A stretch of DNA of 49,854 nt from an uncultured bacterium (GCA_937876125.1 CALEHF010000390.1:1-49854), one strand, 5' to 3'; positions 1-10,823 are shown, numbered from the stretch's first letter. Numbers and translations are program-made. The notes: generated by a model from the sequence alone, not told the origin.

Positions 1-18
1 CATTCCAGCACAGCTCAC

Positions 19-3000
19 CTACCGAATGATCGGCACGGTCACCGGCTCATCCACCAACTCCACCGATTGATGGATCGACCACCCTCCCGGGCCCCTCGAT
101 TCCACCGTGTATTGCACAATGCCCGGAGCGAGGTCGGGAATCACCAACGAGCTCCCCGTGATCGGAATCGTGACCTCGCCATCGACCTTCCACTGGTCGT
201 TCTTGAAAACCCAGCGCGGCAGCACCAAGACAGGATTTCGCGACAAGAGCACGCCGTCGTTGAAGGTAAACGACAGGTCGTAGGCGTTGATCTCGACTCG
301 GATCGGATCGGCGTGGAGCTCCGCGCGGGGGAGCTCTCTGGGGAGGGCGGAACCGAGCGCGAAGTCGATCGCGACCTCCGGCACCCTAGCCGGGGTCGCC
401 GAAACGAAGAGCGCACCCGCGCGCTTCGGCACTGGAATCTTCGCGACGCCCCCGACGATCCGTCCCGCACGCAAATGTTCGGCGTCGGTCGGATCATCGG
501 TGACCAGCACCCAGCCGCCAACGAGTCTCAGTCCATTCCTTCGGGCGATCACCGTGCGGATGTCGGCGTCGATCTGTAGCTCGAGCTCGCGAGCGTGCCC
601 CGGTCCAAGGCTCACTAGGGCGCTCGGAGTCACGATACCCAAGGGGAGGTCTTCGGGCCCCCACTCGAGCCGATAGCGCCCGGGACGGACATCTGAGTAG
701 TCGCGCGTCGTGCCCTCGACGACTTCGCCGAGATCGATGTCGCCCTCGACCGGGTCATCGGCGAGGTAGGTCAGTCGGAACCTATCCAGATCGACATCTT
801 CTCCGTCCCCATTTCGCACCGCGCGAATCCGGAGAGTGTTCCCCTCGCGCAGGAAGAGAGTGGGGGGCGGACCGTCGAGATCGACAATGTTGAGCACCGC
901 CGCGGTGTGGCCGGGGTGGCGCGCGACGAGAGAGAGTTCGGCATCGTCGCGAATGCCTTGGAGCTCGATGGAGAAGACTCCCCCTGCCCCACTCTTGACG
1001 CGACGCACGATGCGCGCGGTGTCGGGTTCTCGCCCGGGATAGCGGTACGCAGATCCCGGCTCGACGAGCATCACTTCGGCACCTGACACTCCGATGTCCC
1101 CCGCTTCGATGACAGCTCCGCGCAAGGTTCGAACTACTCCGAGCACGATCGGGGCGAGTTGATTGACCTCCGGCGCGAGGTTGGCGTCCACCGTCGTGCC
1201 GGTCGAGGTCCCCTCGTGCCGAAACTCGAAGACGTTCTCTCCGACCGACGCGCTGGGAGCGATGAACTCCCCACCGCTGAGCGCCACAAACTGGGACGAA
1301 CCGTAGCGGATCATCGTCCCCTCGGGCCAATCCGAACCCGCAGGAACCGCCACCGGTACGATCGTCAGGGTTCCATCGAGGGGTCGCTCCGAGGGGTCGT
1401 GCACGACACCGGTGATCGAGGTTTTCTCTCGGACGCGAAATGGCTCGGTGATCTCGCCGCCGACCGGGAGAGTCACCTCGACACCGACCCAGGGGACAGG
1501 CTCTTCGAGACCGAACTGAGACTCCAGACGCGGCCTGACCGAGATTCGATGCGCGAGGTCGCGGTACAGGGTCACGAGATAGACCCCGTCGCCGATCTCT
1601 TCAGCACGCAAGGTCTCTTCCTCGTCGATCGCAGGATCGAGTGCAGTGGAACTGACCGAGGCTCTCGAGACCGGCTCGCCTCCGTGATCGAGAACCGTCA
1701 GAGCGACCAGGTTGACCGCCGCGGGAGGGAGATCGATCACGCGATCGAGATCCTTCCGGTCTTCAGCGAACTTGAAAGGAAGCACGCCATCTTCGCGGCT
1801 AATGCTCTCCCAATGGAGCGAGTAGTCGCCGGTGAGGAAGAAGCGCATCTCGACGTGGGGCACGACGCCGGACCTCGATCCCACCCGGATCGAGAGCAAT
1901 TCTTGGTCTCGATTTCTTGCGGCTTCGCACCACACCTCCGGGGGGAGAGTGAGGCCCGCTCCTGGGAATCGGAAGAAAAACCGCCCGATCCGTGGATTCT
2001 CGGGCGAGAGCTGGGGAAATGTGAGGAGCCCGATCTCTTCTGGTAGTTGCGGCGGCGCGTGCGCAAAGAGCGCGTTATTCCCACCGACCAAGATCGCTTC
2101 GAAGCGATCGATGTCGTCGCGGTAGCGCTCAGATCCGAACGTGCCATCGGGCGCGAGAGGATAAGAGCGCTCGATCACCGGATCGTGCTCGTTTCCGCGG
2201 TAGCCACGCTCGATGATGCGGTATCGATCGGTTTCCCAGGGGGGGATCGAGGCGACCACTCCGCGCGTGACGACTCGACTCGGTTCGTTCGAGAAGGTGG
2301 GGATCGACAGGCCCTCGATGGAGGGGTCGTCGGAGTGACGGAACTCCCCGGAGGACTCATCGAGCCAAGGTCCCGTGACCCGAAAACGGTAGAAGCGCAC
2401 CGGATCGATCCCGCCGATCACCAGGCGAGAGCTCCCCTTGAGCGGGTAGAGGAAGCGCGTCGAGATCTCATCGTCTCCCGAGATCTCGAGGACCGCACCC
2501 TCGAGATCGGAGGGGGCGACGCCGGGAAGGATGACGGGGGTCGGCTCGCCGGGGGCGACCACCAGTGTTCCCAGGTCGAGATCCTCGGAGAGATCCGAGC
2601 GAGACGGAGTCCGCACCTCGAGGGGGAGATAGTCGCGCACGGCGACGAAGAACTTCTCCCCTCCTTCGGGCAACGCCCCGGTGAAGACCGCGCGACCTTC
2701 GGGAGTGAACTCGAGCGGAGTGAGATCGAGAGAGATCGTCACCTGCTCCGCGGGCACCGTGCGAAGTTCGCTTCCATCCACCTTCTCTACGAGTTCGAAA
2801 CTGAGGAGCGGCGACGCACGACCATTGAGGTGCAGTCGGTCGGCGACGCTCGGGACCATGAAGCCGGCGGAGTGACTGCGATACCGCGGATCGAGAACCA
2901 CGAGCGACCCCGCCTTCGGCAATTCGACGACATCAGGCGCTCCCGGGGGGCGATCGGAGACTCCCACGGTGAACCGACCCAACTCATCGGTTCGCACTCG

Positions 3001-4275
3001 AAATATTCGTCCATCTTCTGGGATCGATACTTCGATGGCAGTATCAGCGAGAAGGGTCTCGTCGGCGTCGACCAGCTCGAATGTTTCGATCGTCGGTGCG
3101 ATGACATGCAGCGAGACAATCGGTTCGTGCTCGCCGGTGGATGTGACTCCATCGTCGACAGGTGTCCCCGCCCAGAGGGGGCGCATGAGCCAACTCGGAA
3201 ACGGCACGATCGTCGGGTGAACGAGCGTCAAATGCTCCGTGCCTCGTACGGCGGAGATGCGGCCGGAGTCATCGGTGGTGCGATGTGAAATCCAGTTGTC
3301 TCCCTGCCTCGTGACGAGCGGACCATCTTCCGGAATGTACGGATCGGCCGCTTCGACGACACGGATGAGAGCGTTCGCGATCGGGGACTCATCCTCGAGG
3401 CGAAAATCGATGTCGGTGATCCAGGTGCGGCGCATCGACACTTCGACAAAGGGCCACGTGCCATCCAACGTTCGCAACTCCTCCGTCAAGGTCGTCACCG
3501 GCGCATAGCCGGGAGCATCGACCTCGATCCGGAGCCAGAGTCGCACGGCCCCCGGGGGACCGGGGGGCAGATCGAACCGCCCCGTATTGTCTGTGATCAC
3601 TACGGAAGGGGATACGACACCTGCGGCGCGGGGATCTCCCTCCGGCTGATCGCTGATCGTCACTCGAACGCGCGCGGCAGCGATCGGCCTTCCGTTCGCT
3701 CCGTCGATGACCATCCCCGCGGAGGCGCGCGCTCCATCGGTCTTAGAGTCTCGGGCACTGGCATCGCGCGATGCAGTGCCTCCGGGAGTTGCTTCCGTCG
3801 CGCGCGTACGAGGAACCGTCGCCCCACCGGGAATCATCGTGCCGTCGATGAGAACCCCGCCCGTCCCGACGATGATTTTCTCACCGCGAATCTCGATGCT
3901 CGAACCCGCCGGGATGCGAAACGGACCGAAGTCGGTGTCGAGCTTCGCCCTGACCTGCATCGATCCATCGTCGAGAATGGGGAGTCCACCTTCGATGCGG
4001 AACTCCGCGCCGGGCGCCATCTCGACCTCGAGCCCGATCTGCTCGAGCGAGATCCCCGCGTGGGTGCGGAACCCGCCATCCTCGGTGCGCTCGAGATCAC
4101 CCTCCCGATACTGCCACCCTTCGACGGTGATCAGTCCGGGAACCCCGGCGTCGACCGTCGGCTGGAGGGATTCGGTCCCGGCGGTCGAGTCTTTGCCCCC
4201 TTGCTCGAAGACGAGGAAGCCCAAGACCCCGGCGAGTGCCAAGAACCCCAAAAGGCAAAGGGTGCGCAGTGTCAT
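19..4275 (-). CDS. Large membrane-anchored protein with multiple carboxypeptidase-regulatory-like (beta-sandwich) domains
   Basis: 1418-aa ORF with an N-terminal hydrophobic helix and repeated motifs such as GMVIDGANGRPIAAARV, ITDNTGRF, TVLDHGGEPVSRASV, GVVHDPSERPL and GAVIEAGDIGVSGAEV. Acidic, Pro/Gly-rich extracytoplasmic composition. Confidence 0.75.
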   Translation of the reverse strand: MTLRTLCLLGFLALAGVLGFLVFEQGGKDSTAGTESLQPTVDAGVPGLITVEGWQYREGDLERTEDGGFRTHAGISLEQIGLEVEMAPGAEFRIEGGLPILDDGSMQVRAKLDTDFGPFRIPAGSSIEIRGEKIIVGTGGVLIDGTMIPGGATVPRTRATEATPGGTASRDASARDSKTDGARASAGMVIDGANGRPIAAARVRVTISDQPEGDPRAAGVVSPSVVITDNTGRFDLPPGPPGAVRLWLRIEVDAPGYAPVTTLTEELRTLDGTWPFVEVSMRRTWITDIDFRLEDESPIANALIRVVEAADPYIPEDGPLVTRQGDNWISHRTTDDSGRISAVRGTEHLTLVHPTIVPFPSWLMRPLWAGTPVDDGVTSTGEHEPIVSLHVIAPTIETFELVDADETLLADTAIEVSIPEDGRIFRVRTDELGRFTVGVSDRPPGAPDVVELPKAGSLVVLDPRYRSHSAGFMVPSVADRLHLNGRASPLLSFELVEKVDGSELRTVPAEQVTISLDLTPLEFTPEGRAVFTGALPEGGEKFFVAVRDYLPLEVRTPSRSDLSEDLDLGTLVVAPGEPTPVILPGVAPSDLEGAVLEISGDDEISTRFLYPLKGSSRLVIGGIDPVRFYRFRVTGPWLDESSGEFRHSDDPSIEGLSIPTFSNEPSRVVTRGVVASIPPWETDRYRIIERGYRGNEHDPVIERSYPLAPDGTFGSERYRDDIDRFEAILVGGNNALFAHAPPQLPEEIGLLTFPQLSPENPRIGRFFFRFPGAGLTLPPEVWCEAARNRDQELLSIRVGSRSGVVPHVEMRFFLTGDYSLHWESISREDGVLPFKFAEDRKDLDRVIDLPPAAVNLVALTVLDHGGEPVSRASVSSTALDPAIDEEETLRAEEIGDGVYLVTLYRDLAHRISVRPRLESQFGLEEPVPWVGVEVTLPVGGEITEPFRVREKTSITGVVHDPSERPLDGTLTIVPVAVPAGSDWPEGTMIRYGSSQFVALSGGEFIAPSASVGENVFEFRHEGTSTGTTVDANLAPEVNQLAPIVLGVVRTLRGAVIEAGDIGVSGAEVMLVEPGSAYRYPGREPDTARIVRRVKSGAGGVFSIELQGIRDDAELSLVARHPGHTAAVLNIVDLDGPPPTLFLREGNTLRIRAVRNGDGEDVDLDRFRLTYLADDPVEGDIDLGEVVEGTTRDYSDVRPGRYRLEWGPEDLPLGIVTPSALVSLGPGHARELELQIDADIRTVIARRNGLRLVGGWVLVTDDPTDAEHLRAGRIVGGVAKIPVPKRAGALFVSATPARVPEVAIDFALGSALPRELPRAELHADPIRVEINAYDLSFTFNDGVLLSRNPVLVLPRWVFKNDQWKVDGEVTIPITGSSLVIPDLAPGIVQYTVESRGPGGWSIHQSVELVDEPVTVPIIR

Positions 4276-4455
4276 CGCGTCGATCCTTCCCGACTGATGT
4301 AGCGATCTCGGCCCAAGAGGGGATCCGGGACGCCTATCTTCCGGGACGATTCAGAGGAGGTCGAGGGGAAAGGGGCTCGGAAGGAAATGAGGTCACCTGA
4401 CACGGGACACTGGAGAGGAGCTCTGTGCTTTTGGGCCGCCGACGGCTCAAAGACG

Positions 4456-5934
4456 CTACTGCGGCGGGATCGCATTCAGTGTGTAGTATGCGTCGGGGTG
4501 CAGCAGCGGGAGCCCTGCCTCGGAACGGAGTCCCTCCGCTCGCAGCTCATGCACATACCCCGCGCGTTGCCCCAAACAGGAAAGGTCGACCGACCGGCCA
4601 TCCGCAGAAGGGTGCGCCTTCGTGATGATGACATTAGCCCGATCGATCTCGGGACTGCCGTACGGCTCGTGTAATCGATATGTGTAGCTGCCGAGCGAGT
4701 AGCTCTTCACCGAACGGAGGGTGGCGAGATCCATCGGCTGCGTGAAGGTCAGTCGGAATCCGCCCGGGAGTGCTTCCATCGTGGCGATCTCCGTCGGCAC
4801 TTCCCCGGTCCACTCCAATCGCTGAATTCCGAACGGTCGGTTGCCGAGCGATCCCCAGCCGCGATTGGTCATGCCGGCGATCAACGATCCGTCCGCCCCC
4901 CAAGCGACCCGGGTGATCCCACAACCGAATCCCTCTCGGAAGGGAAAACACGCGCCCTGCCACTCCCCTCCGACCTTCTCGAGGAAGACGCGCATCACAG
5001 ACGCATCGTGTTGGTCGGCGACGAAGCACTGACCACCGAACGGGCCGAACCGACCACCCGTCGTGTCCCACACCAGCCCCGCCGCGCTCTTCCCCATTTT
5101 GTCGTAGGGGAACCACACCGCGGGAAGTTTGAGGAGCGGAATCTTCTTTGCGGCTTCTCCGATCGGCAATCCATCGGGAATCTCACCGGGGTGCGCGGCG
5201 AGCGATTCTTCGCGACGACAGCTCTCGATTCCCATCGGGTGTCCATAAAAACTTCCGGGCCGCAAGTGTGAGAGCTTATTGGTGGGGCACCACTCCCCTT
5301 GGTTGTCGGTGTAGAAGACATCTCCCCACGGCGCGACTTCGACCCCACACGGCGACCGGAGTCCCGAACACACCGGCTCCATCTTTCCACTCGGAGTGAT
5401 GCGCACCGCCCACCCGCGGAACTCTGCTCGACCGAACGGCTGATCTCCGAAAGGGCGGTTCAAAGTGACCCAAAAATTGCCGTCATGATCGAGGCGCGGA
5501 CCGAACGCATACTCGTGGTAGTTGCCGCTGATCCGCCAGTCGTCACAGAATGTCTCGACCCCATCGGCGCGCCCATCGGAGTCGGCATCGCGCAATCGGG
5601 ACAGCTCTCCCCGCTGAGCGGTGTAGATCCACCCCTCGTGGGCTAGAAGGCCCAGCGGCTCCTGCAGACCATCGATCCACAACGAGAACAGCGGTGCATC
5701 CGAGTACGCATCGTCGATCTTCCAGATCTCTCCTCGGCGCGTCGCCGCATAGACGACCGAATCACCCTCGACGAGCAATCCTCCGACTTCGAGAACCACA
5801 TCCTCTGGAGCGTTCAAGTCCACCAATCGGTAGTAACTCGCTTCGACCGGAGCCGGCGGAGCGGCAAGTGCTCCGGCCTCGGGCACGGGGGCGCCCAGTC
5901 CGAACAGGATCGCGCAGCTGAGCAGTAGAGCCAT
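4456..5934 (-). CDS. Secreted beta-propeller protein (glucose/sorbosone dehydrogenase-like, planctomycete type), partner of the adjacent cytochrome
   Basis: Signal peptide; motifs GLQEPLGL, DADSDGRAD, GNYHEYAFG, GLRSPCG, YTDNQGEW, FGPFGGQCFVAD. The ATG at 5934 overlaps the upstream TGA (TGATG); an alternative ATG lies at 5940. Confidence 0.75.
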   Translation of the reverse strand: MALLLSCAILFGLGAPVPEAGALAAPPAPVEASYYRLVDLNAPEDVVLEVGGLLVEGDSVVYAATRRGEIWKIDDAYSDAPLFSLWIDGLQEPLGLLAHEGWIYTAQRGELSRLRDADSDGRADGVETFCDDWRISGNYHEYAFGPRLDHDGNFWVTLNRPFGDQPFGRAEFRGWAVRITPSGKMEPVCSGLRSPCGVEVAPWGDVFYTDNQGEWCPTNKLSHLRPGSFYGHPMGIESCRREESLAAHPGEIPDGLPIGEAAKKIPLLKLPAVWFPYDKMGKSAAGLVWDTTGGRFGPFGGQCFVADQHDASVMRVFLEKVGGEWQGACFPFREGFGCGITRVAWGADGSLIAGMTNRGWGSLGNRPFGIQRLEWTGEVPTEIATMEALPGGFRLTFTQPMDLATLRSVKSYSLGSYTYRLHEPYGSPEIDRANVIITKAHPSADGRSVDLSCLGQRAGYVHELRAEGLRSEAGLPLLHPDAYYTLNAIPPQ

Positions 5935-8663
5935 CACCATTGCACCTCCACCTCGATCGTCGCGCCCCCCGCGGGGATCGCGACGCGCAGTTCGGTCGGG
6001 AATCCGAAGACCAGATGAAGACCCGCCTCGCCACCCTGGATCCGAATCTTCGGGCCGTGAGGAACTTCGAAACCGTCATCGGTCCGCACGAGCTCAGGAT
6101 CGATCCAAGCCCGAAACATGAGCGAGCCATCCCCGCCGGTCACCTTCACCGTCCGAACGATGCTCGATCCTTCCGCGGAGTACCGGGGCGTGATCGATTC
6201 TTCGACCGTCACCCCCCACTCGGCATGTTCGCGGCGAAACACGGGGCGGCGTTCGGAGTCCCGATCGATCGCGCGCTGCCGCCAACCGTTTTCGCGGCTC
6301 GTACCCTTGGGCCACTTCTCGGATTCGCGCCGGATTTTGGCGATGGCATCGCCCGCTGGAAAATCGATCGCGGCAGATCCCTCCGGCGTTTCGAGTTGTC
6401 CCGCGCGCCCCTCCCACGTTCCCCGTGCGTTCATGAACCGCCCACGCCACACCTTGGCGAGGCGCGTGTGCTCGACGTCGTAGGCGATCGAGATCCGTTC
6501 GGGGTATCCGCAACACACCACTCGACCACTCAGTCCCTCGAAGAAGGCACCGAACAGAATCGGCTCGTCGACGGGAATCAGGTCGTAGGTCCGACGATCG
6601 ACCACCAGCCCCGACGGGAGCGGGGCGGACTCTCCGAGCGCCAAGTAACTCCACGTGGCATCGATCTGCGCTCCCCCGTTGCCGCCGAGCAGATCGGGAA
6701 ACAGATCGAGGCCCGGCGTCCAGAACGCCGGCATGCGGGTCCCCGGGCGCATCGATTGCGGGTCGAGCATGTACTCGCGATACCACCCCGGCTGCAGGCG
6801 CTCGCCGACCGTCGCGAGATCGATCGCTGGCTCACCCAGCGATCGATGTCCGGCGAAGTCGTGGCAATCGATGCAGCGAAACCCTTCGCCGCCAGCGAGG
6901 AACCGCCCCGCCGCGACCGCTTCGTCGGAAAAGGGCGGGACGTCGTGGTCGTTCCCTCCGTCGACGCGGTGGAGTCGCTTCGCGAGGCCCTCAATGTGGT
7001 TCTGGGCGTAGATCGGCATGCGCGTCGTCATGTAGGGGCGCACCGATGCCCCCTCGAGAAGCACGCGCTCGAGCCAAGAAAGCTTGAGCTTCGCCCCGAT
7101 TCCGGTGAGGTCGGGAGGAAGGCGTCCTTCGTCCCCGAGCTCCGCGGTTCCGGTGAAGAGATGCTGAGTCTGATCAGTCGGGCCGCCGACTCCGTCACGC
7201 GCGTGGCAGCCGTCACAACCGAGCCGGTCAAAGACAAGGTTGACTGCGCGCTCCTCCGTGGGAAGCACCTCGAATTCTGCGCGCCGCTCGAGCAACGCGA
7301 GGATTCCTCCGATTTCGACATCCGACATCGGAAAGCGCGGAGCGCGGGACCCCCCTGACGGAGAAGGATCGAGACAACCCGCTGGCTCGGCGGGAAGTGT
7401 CGCGAACGACCGCGCCCCATCCGGCGCCATTCCGCGATCGTGACAAGCCGCGCAACCGAGCTGAATGTAATGCGACTGCCCTCGTGCGCGACGATCACGG
7501 TTGACCGCCAACTTCTCGCCGGGGGGTTGGTACGCCGAGGTCCGCACCCGGAACGCCGATCCCGGGACCTCTTCGAGGCTGGTGCCTGGCCCGCTCCAGT
7601 GCAATTTCAGCTCCTGGCCGCCGCCATGCTCGAACATCGTCACTCGAACGCGATGCCACCCCTCGGCCAGCTCGACTGCTCCGATTTTGATCGTCGGTCC
7701 ATGGAGTCCATCGTGATTGACGATTTCCTTCTCGTCGATCCACAGGCGCGAACCGTCATCGGAGAAGAGCGTGAACTCCCACCGCCCCGACGCGGGGATA
7801 TGAATCTCTCCATCGAGTGCAACCGCGAAGTAGTCTTCGCGATGACCCTCGGGCAGCCCGACTCGCTCTCCGACACCGACGCGCACCGGGGTCGCGTCTT
7901 CGAGCGCAGGACCGCAATCGGGGAACGCTCCTTCGAAGTAGGACTCGCGGAGGCCGGCGACTTCGAGGACCAACGACTGCCCGGCGGCGTCGCGTGACTG
8001 ATCTTCGAGCAAAAACAGAGAGATCGAACGCGCTTCGTCCTCGGTCAGGCCCATCGAAGGCATATGCCCGGAGGGAATTGCGCGCTCGGGGTGTCGCAGG
8101 ATCTCGCCGACGTACCTGAAATTCGTCTTCTGGGCGAGTTGCGCTCGCCAGTCGTTTCCGCCGTCATGACAGACTTTGCAGCCGATCGTCTCGAACAGTT
8201 CACGGCCGACGTCGACCTCGTGCGGGCTCGCGGCGATCGGCGTGAGATCAAAAAGCCCCCCGCGCGTCCCCAAATAGTGAACGAGATCCTCGATCACCTC
8301 TGTGCGCTCCGCCGGGGGAAACCCACCGAAGAGATCGGGCATGGTCACACCGATGCGATCTTCGTGGGATGCGGAGAGGAATTGACGCAGGTACTCGGGA
8401 GCTAGACGTTTGCCGATGGCGTGCAGGCTCCGAGCGGGCACCGGAGCGAGTCGCTCGGCGATGATTCCCTCGGCGCGGTGGCACGCGAGGCAGCCATTTG
8501 CGCGCACGGCGTTCTCGACTTCGACCGGGATCGTGTCGTCTCGGTCGCCTATGGCGAGCGCGAGCTGGGGGCCGCTCCCACCGAACCACAGCAGCCCGAG
8601 GCAGAGTGCGCACAAGCAAGCAGTGAGCAGAAGCAAGGACGGACGCGGCACGGCGACTCCCAT
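5934..8663 (-). CDS. Multiheme c-type cytochrome with PA14 domain
   Basis: Five CxxCH motifs (CLACH, CKVCH, CAACH, CDGCH, CIDCH), distal MP motifs, PA14 signature (FTLFSDDGSRLWID...NHDGLHG...FEHGGG) and an N-terminal signal or anchor. Confidence 0.88.
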   Translation of the reverse strand: MGVAVPRPSLLLLTACLCALCLGLLWFGGSGPQLALAIGDRDDTIPVEVENAVRANGCLACHRAEGIIAERLAPVPARSLHAIGKRLAPEYLRQFLSASHEDRIGVTMPDLFGGFPPAERTEVIEDLVHYLGTRGGLFDLTPIAASPHEVDVGRELFETIGCKVCHDGGNDWRAQLAQKTNFRYVGEILRHPERAIPSGHMPSMGLTEDEARSISLFLLEDQSRDAAGQSLVLEVAGLRESYFEGAFPDCGPALEDATPVRVGVGERVGLPEGHREDYFAVALDGEIHIPASGRWEFTLFSDDGSRLWIDEKEIVNHDGLHGPTIKIGAVELAEGWHRVRVTMFEHGGGQELKLHWSGPGTSLEEVPGSAFRVRTSAYQPPGEKLAVNRDRRARGQSHYIQLGCAACHDRGMAPDGARSFATLPAEPAGCLDPSPSGGSRAPRFPMSDVEIGGILALLERRAEFEVLPTEERAVNLVFDRLGCDGCHARDGVGGPTDQTQHLFTGTAELGDEGRLPPDLTGIGAKLKLSWLERVLLEGASVRPYMTTRMPIYAQNHIEGLAKRLHRVDGGNDHDVPPFSDEAVAAGRFLAGGEGFRCIDCHDFAGHRSLGEPAIDLATVGERLQPGWYREYMLDPQSMRPGTRMPAFWTPGLDLFPDLLGGNGGAQIDATWSYLALGESAPLPSGLVVDRRTYDLIPVDEPILFGAFFEGLSGRVVCCGYPERISIAYDVEHTRLAKVWRGRFMNARGTWEGRAGQLETPEGSAAIDFPAGDAIAKIRRESEKWPKGTSRENGWRQRAIDRDSERRPVFRREHAEWGVTVEESITPRYSAEGSSIVRTVKVTGGDGSLMFRAWIDPELVRTDDGFEVPHGPKIRIQGGEAGLHLVFGFPTELRVAIPAGGATIEVEVQW

Positions 8664-8815
8664 GGCAACTCATTGAGGGGAAAGGCGGGTGAACCCGGCG
8701 GGGATCGTAGCAGAGAGCCCAAGAGCCGGGTAGCTCGCCCCTCAGAGTCGGGAGACAGACACGCGGAGCAGGCGGCGCAAGGCAAACTCATGAGGCGCGC
8801 TGACCTCTTCGCGCT

Positions 8816-10723
8816 CTATTCTCGCCACAGGTGAACGATGGCGTCGGGGCGTCTCCCCGAGAGGTCGATGCGTTGCTCAGATGCGCGATGGCCGGAAGCG
8901 GTGACGGTCAGAGTGTACGGGGCTCGCGCGAGATCTCCGAAACGGAAGCCTCCTCGATCGTCCGCCAACGTGTTCCGTACCGAGCGGCTGGTGCAACCCG
9001 CCGATGCATGTTGCCAAGTGAGGCGGACTTTCGCCCCGCGGACAGCATTGCCGTCTTGATCGAGGACTGTGCCGCGCAGCTCGCGCGTCCCTCGATCCGC
9101 CACCAACTGGAGAGGGACGACGGCATCTCCATCGAGGTCGAGGCGACAGCCGGTGATCGTCAGCCCGTAGGATCCGCGGGCCTCGAAGCGCAGCTCGCCC
9201 GCCGCAATGCCCGTCAGGATGAACTCCCCTCTGGCATCACTTTGGATCGCGTGGGTGTTTCGCACTGCGCTCGAGCTCGCGACGGTGAGTGCGAAGTCGG
9301 GCAGTGGGGTCCCGCGCGGATCGAGGATCTTGCCAGAAATGGACCTGAGCGGGAGATCGAGCAGGGTGAAGACGCGCCGCTCGACCGGTGCCTCTCGCTC
9401 TCGCGGCCGGTCGAAATCGCGCTCCTCGATGAGGGTAATCGTCTCTCTGAGATCCGAGTATCGATCGGTCGGATAGATCTCGACTCTGTAGTTCCCAAAG
9501 GGGATGTCGGGTTGCGCGAACTTGCCGTTCTCGTCACTGACGAGTTCAAAGTAGAGCCCCCACTCGGCGGAGGAGAGCGCGATGGCTTCCCCCGAGATCG
9601 GCTCCCCCTCCGCGTCGACGACAAGCCCACGCAGCACAGCGTCCCCACAATGAGCCTCGAGGATGAAGTCGAGAGGGATCGTGGCATCCGTCGCGGAAGG
9701 CGAACGATCCGCGATGTCCACCTCCGCCTGAACCGGCAGGAAACCCGCGCCACGAGCGATGACCGCGCACTTTTCGTTTCCCTCCCGCGCGTCGGACTCA
9801 TCAAGTTGGAGTGTGAGCCGGTAGCTTCCATTTGTTTCCGTCACGGCCCGCCGAGCGAGAGATCCTGCCCCAGAGACTTTGATGCCGCGGAGCGGATGGC
9901 CTTCTTCGTCGGTCACGACACCGGTGATTTCGATGGTTCGGAGCGCGCGAAGACGGAGCTCGGCGGTGTCGGTCCCGACCGGCAAGATGACGTGAACGGC
10001 GGGTTGTCCGCTGGTTGCTCGCGTTGAGAGTAGATACTCGGTGTGCCCGAGCTGTTCGATCGCGAACTCACCGTAACGATCGGTCTTCCCCCACGCGGGA
10101 GTGTGACCGGTGAGGATCTCATTCGCCTCGGTCGGATCGGGCGCGCGTCGGCGAGCAAAGACCTGAATCCCTTCCACCGGAGTCCCCTCGGCATCGAGCA
10201 CACGTCCTCGGATGGTGCGATCGAACTTCCCAATCGGGATGAAAACAGAACGAGACTCCCCCTCTGCAAGATCGATGGGGACACTCGCAAGGAGCGGCCG
10301 CCATTCTCCCCCCTCGACGGAGAGAGAGTATCGACCCGCAGGGAGGTTTTCGAATAGGGCGATGCCATTCGCGCGCGTCGTCGCTTCGAGGCTGACCCCG
10401 CGCGAGCGAGCGAACACCATGAGCCCCGCTGCGGGCCTCCCCCCCTCGAGACGTGTTTCGATTCGCAGCGTGGCTTCGCCATCGAGCGGCGCGACCAGAT
10501 CAGGTCCTGCCTCCGCAAAGGGGGATGCCTCAACAGCACGGGAGAGATCTTCGGCAGTCCCCCAGAATTCTTCCGTATCCCAGCTGTGGGGTCGAGTCGG
10601 TTGGGGAGCTGGCTCTGCCTTCTGCCACGCACTCCACCCGAGCCACCCCGAGAGAACGAGGACGAATCCGATGGTGATTGATCTCAAGACAGACACTCCC
10701 TCGAGCTCTCGGGTGCAAAACAT
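8816..10723 (-). CDS. Membrane-anchored carboxypeptidase-regulatory-like repeat protein
   Basis: About 6 repeats of (I/L)xGxVxDxxGxP(V/L)xG...TDxxGxF...L..G.Y.L, with an N-terminal TM helix. Exact start uncertain. Confidence 0.8.
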   Translation of the reverse strand: MFCTRELEGVSVLRSITIGFVLVLSGWLGWSAWQKAEPAPQPTRPHSWDTEEFWGTAEDLSRAVEASPFAEAGPDLVAPLDGEATLRIETRLEGGRPAAGLMVFARSRGVSLEATTRANGIALFENLPAGRYSLSVEGGEWRPLLASVPIDLAEGESRSVFIPIGKFDRTIRGRVLDAEGTPVEGIQVFARRRAPDPTEANEILTGHTPAWGKTDRYGEFAIEQLGHTEYLLSTRATSGQPAVHVILPVGTDTAELRLRALRTIEITGVVTDEEGHPLRGIKVSGAGSLARRAVTETNGSYRLTLQLDESDAREGNEKCAVIARGAGFLPVQAEVDIADRSPSATDATIPLDFILEAHCGDAVLRGLVVDAEGEPISGEAIALSSAEWGLYFELVSDENGKFAQPDIPFGNYRVEIYPTDRYSDLRETITLIEERDFDRPREREAPVERRVFTLLDLPLRSISGKILDPRGTPLPDFALTVASSSAVRNTHAIQSDARGEFILTGIAAGELRFEARGSYGLTITGCRLDLDGDAVVPLQLVADRGTRELRGTVLDQDGNAVRGAKVRLTWQHASAGCTSRSVRNTLADDRGGFRFGDLARAPYTLTVTASGHRASEQRIDLSGRRPDAIVHLWRE

Positions 10724-10741
10724 GGCCTCTGAAAGGAAAGT

Positions 10742-10787
10742 TGGGGGCGGCCGGGCGGGGCACTTCGTCGCCGCCCGACCGCCTTCC
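10742..10787 (-). terminator. Probable GC-rich hairpin terminator after the two-heme Ig-repeat gene
   Basis: Imperfect stem ggggcggccgggcgg / ccgcccgaccgcctt, followed on the minus strand by aactttcctttc. Confidence 0.4.
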
Positions 10788-10823
10788 GAGTGGGACCCCG
10801 AAAGGTCGAGGTCACACTAGGCG

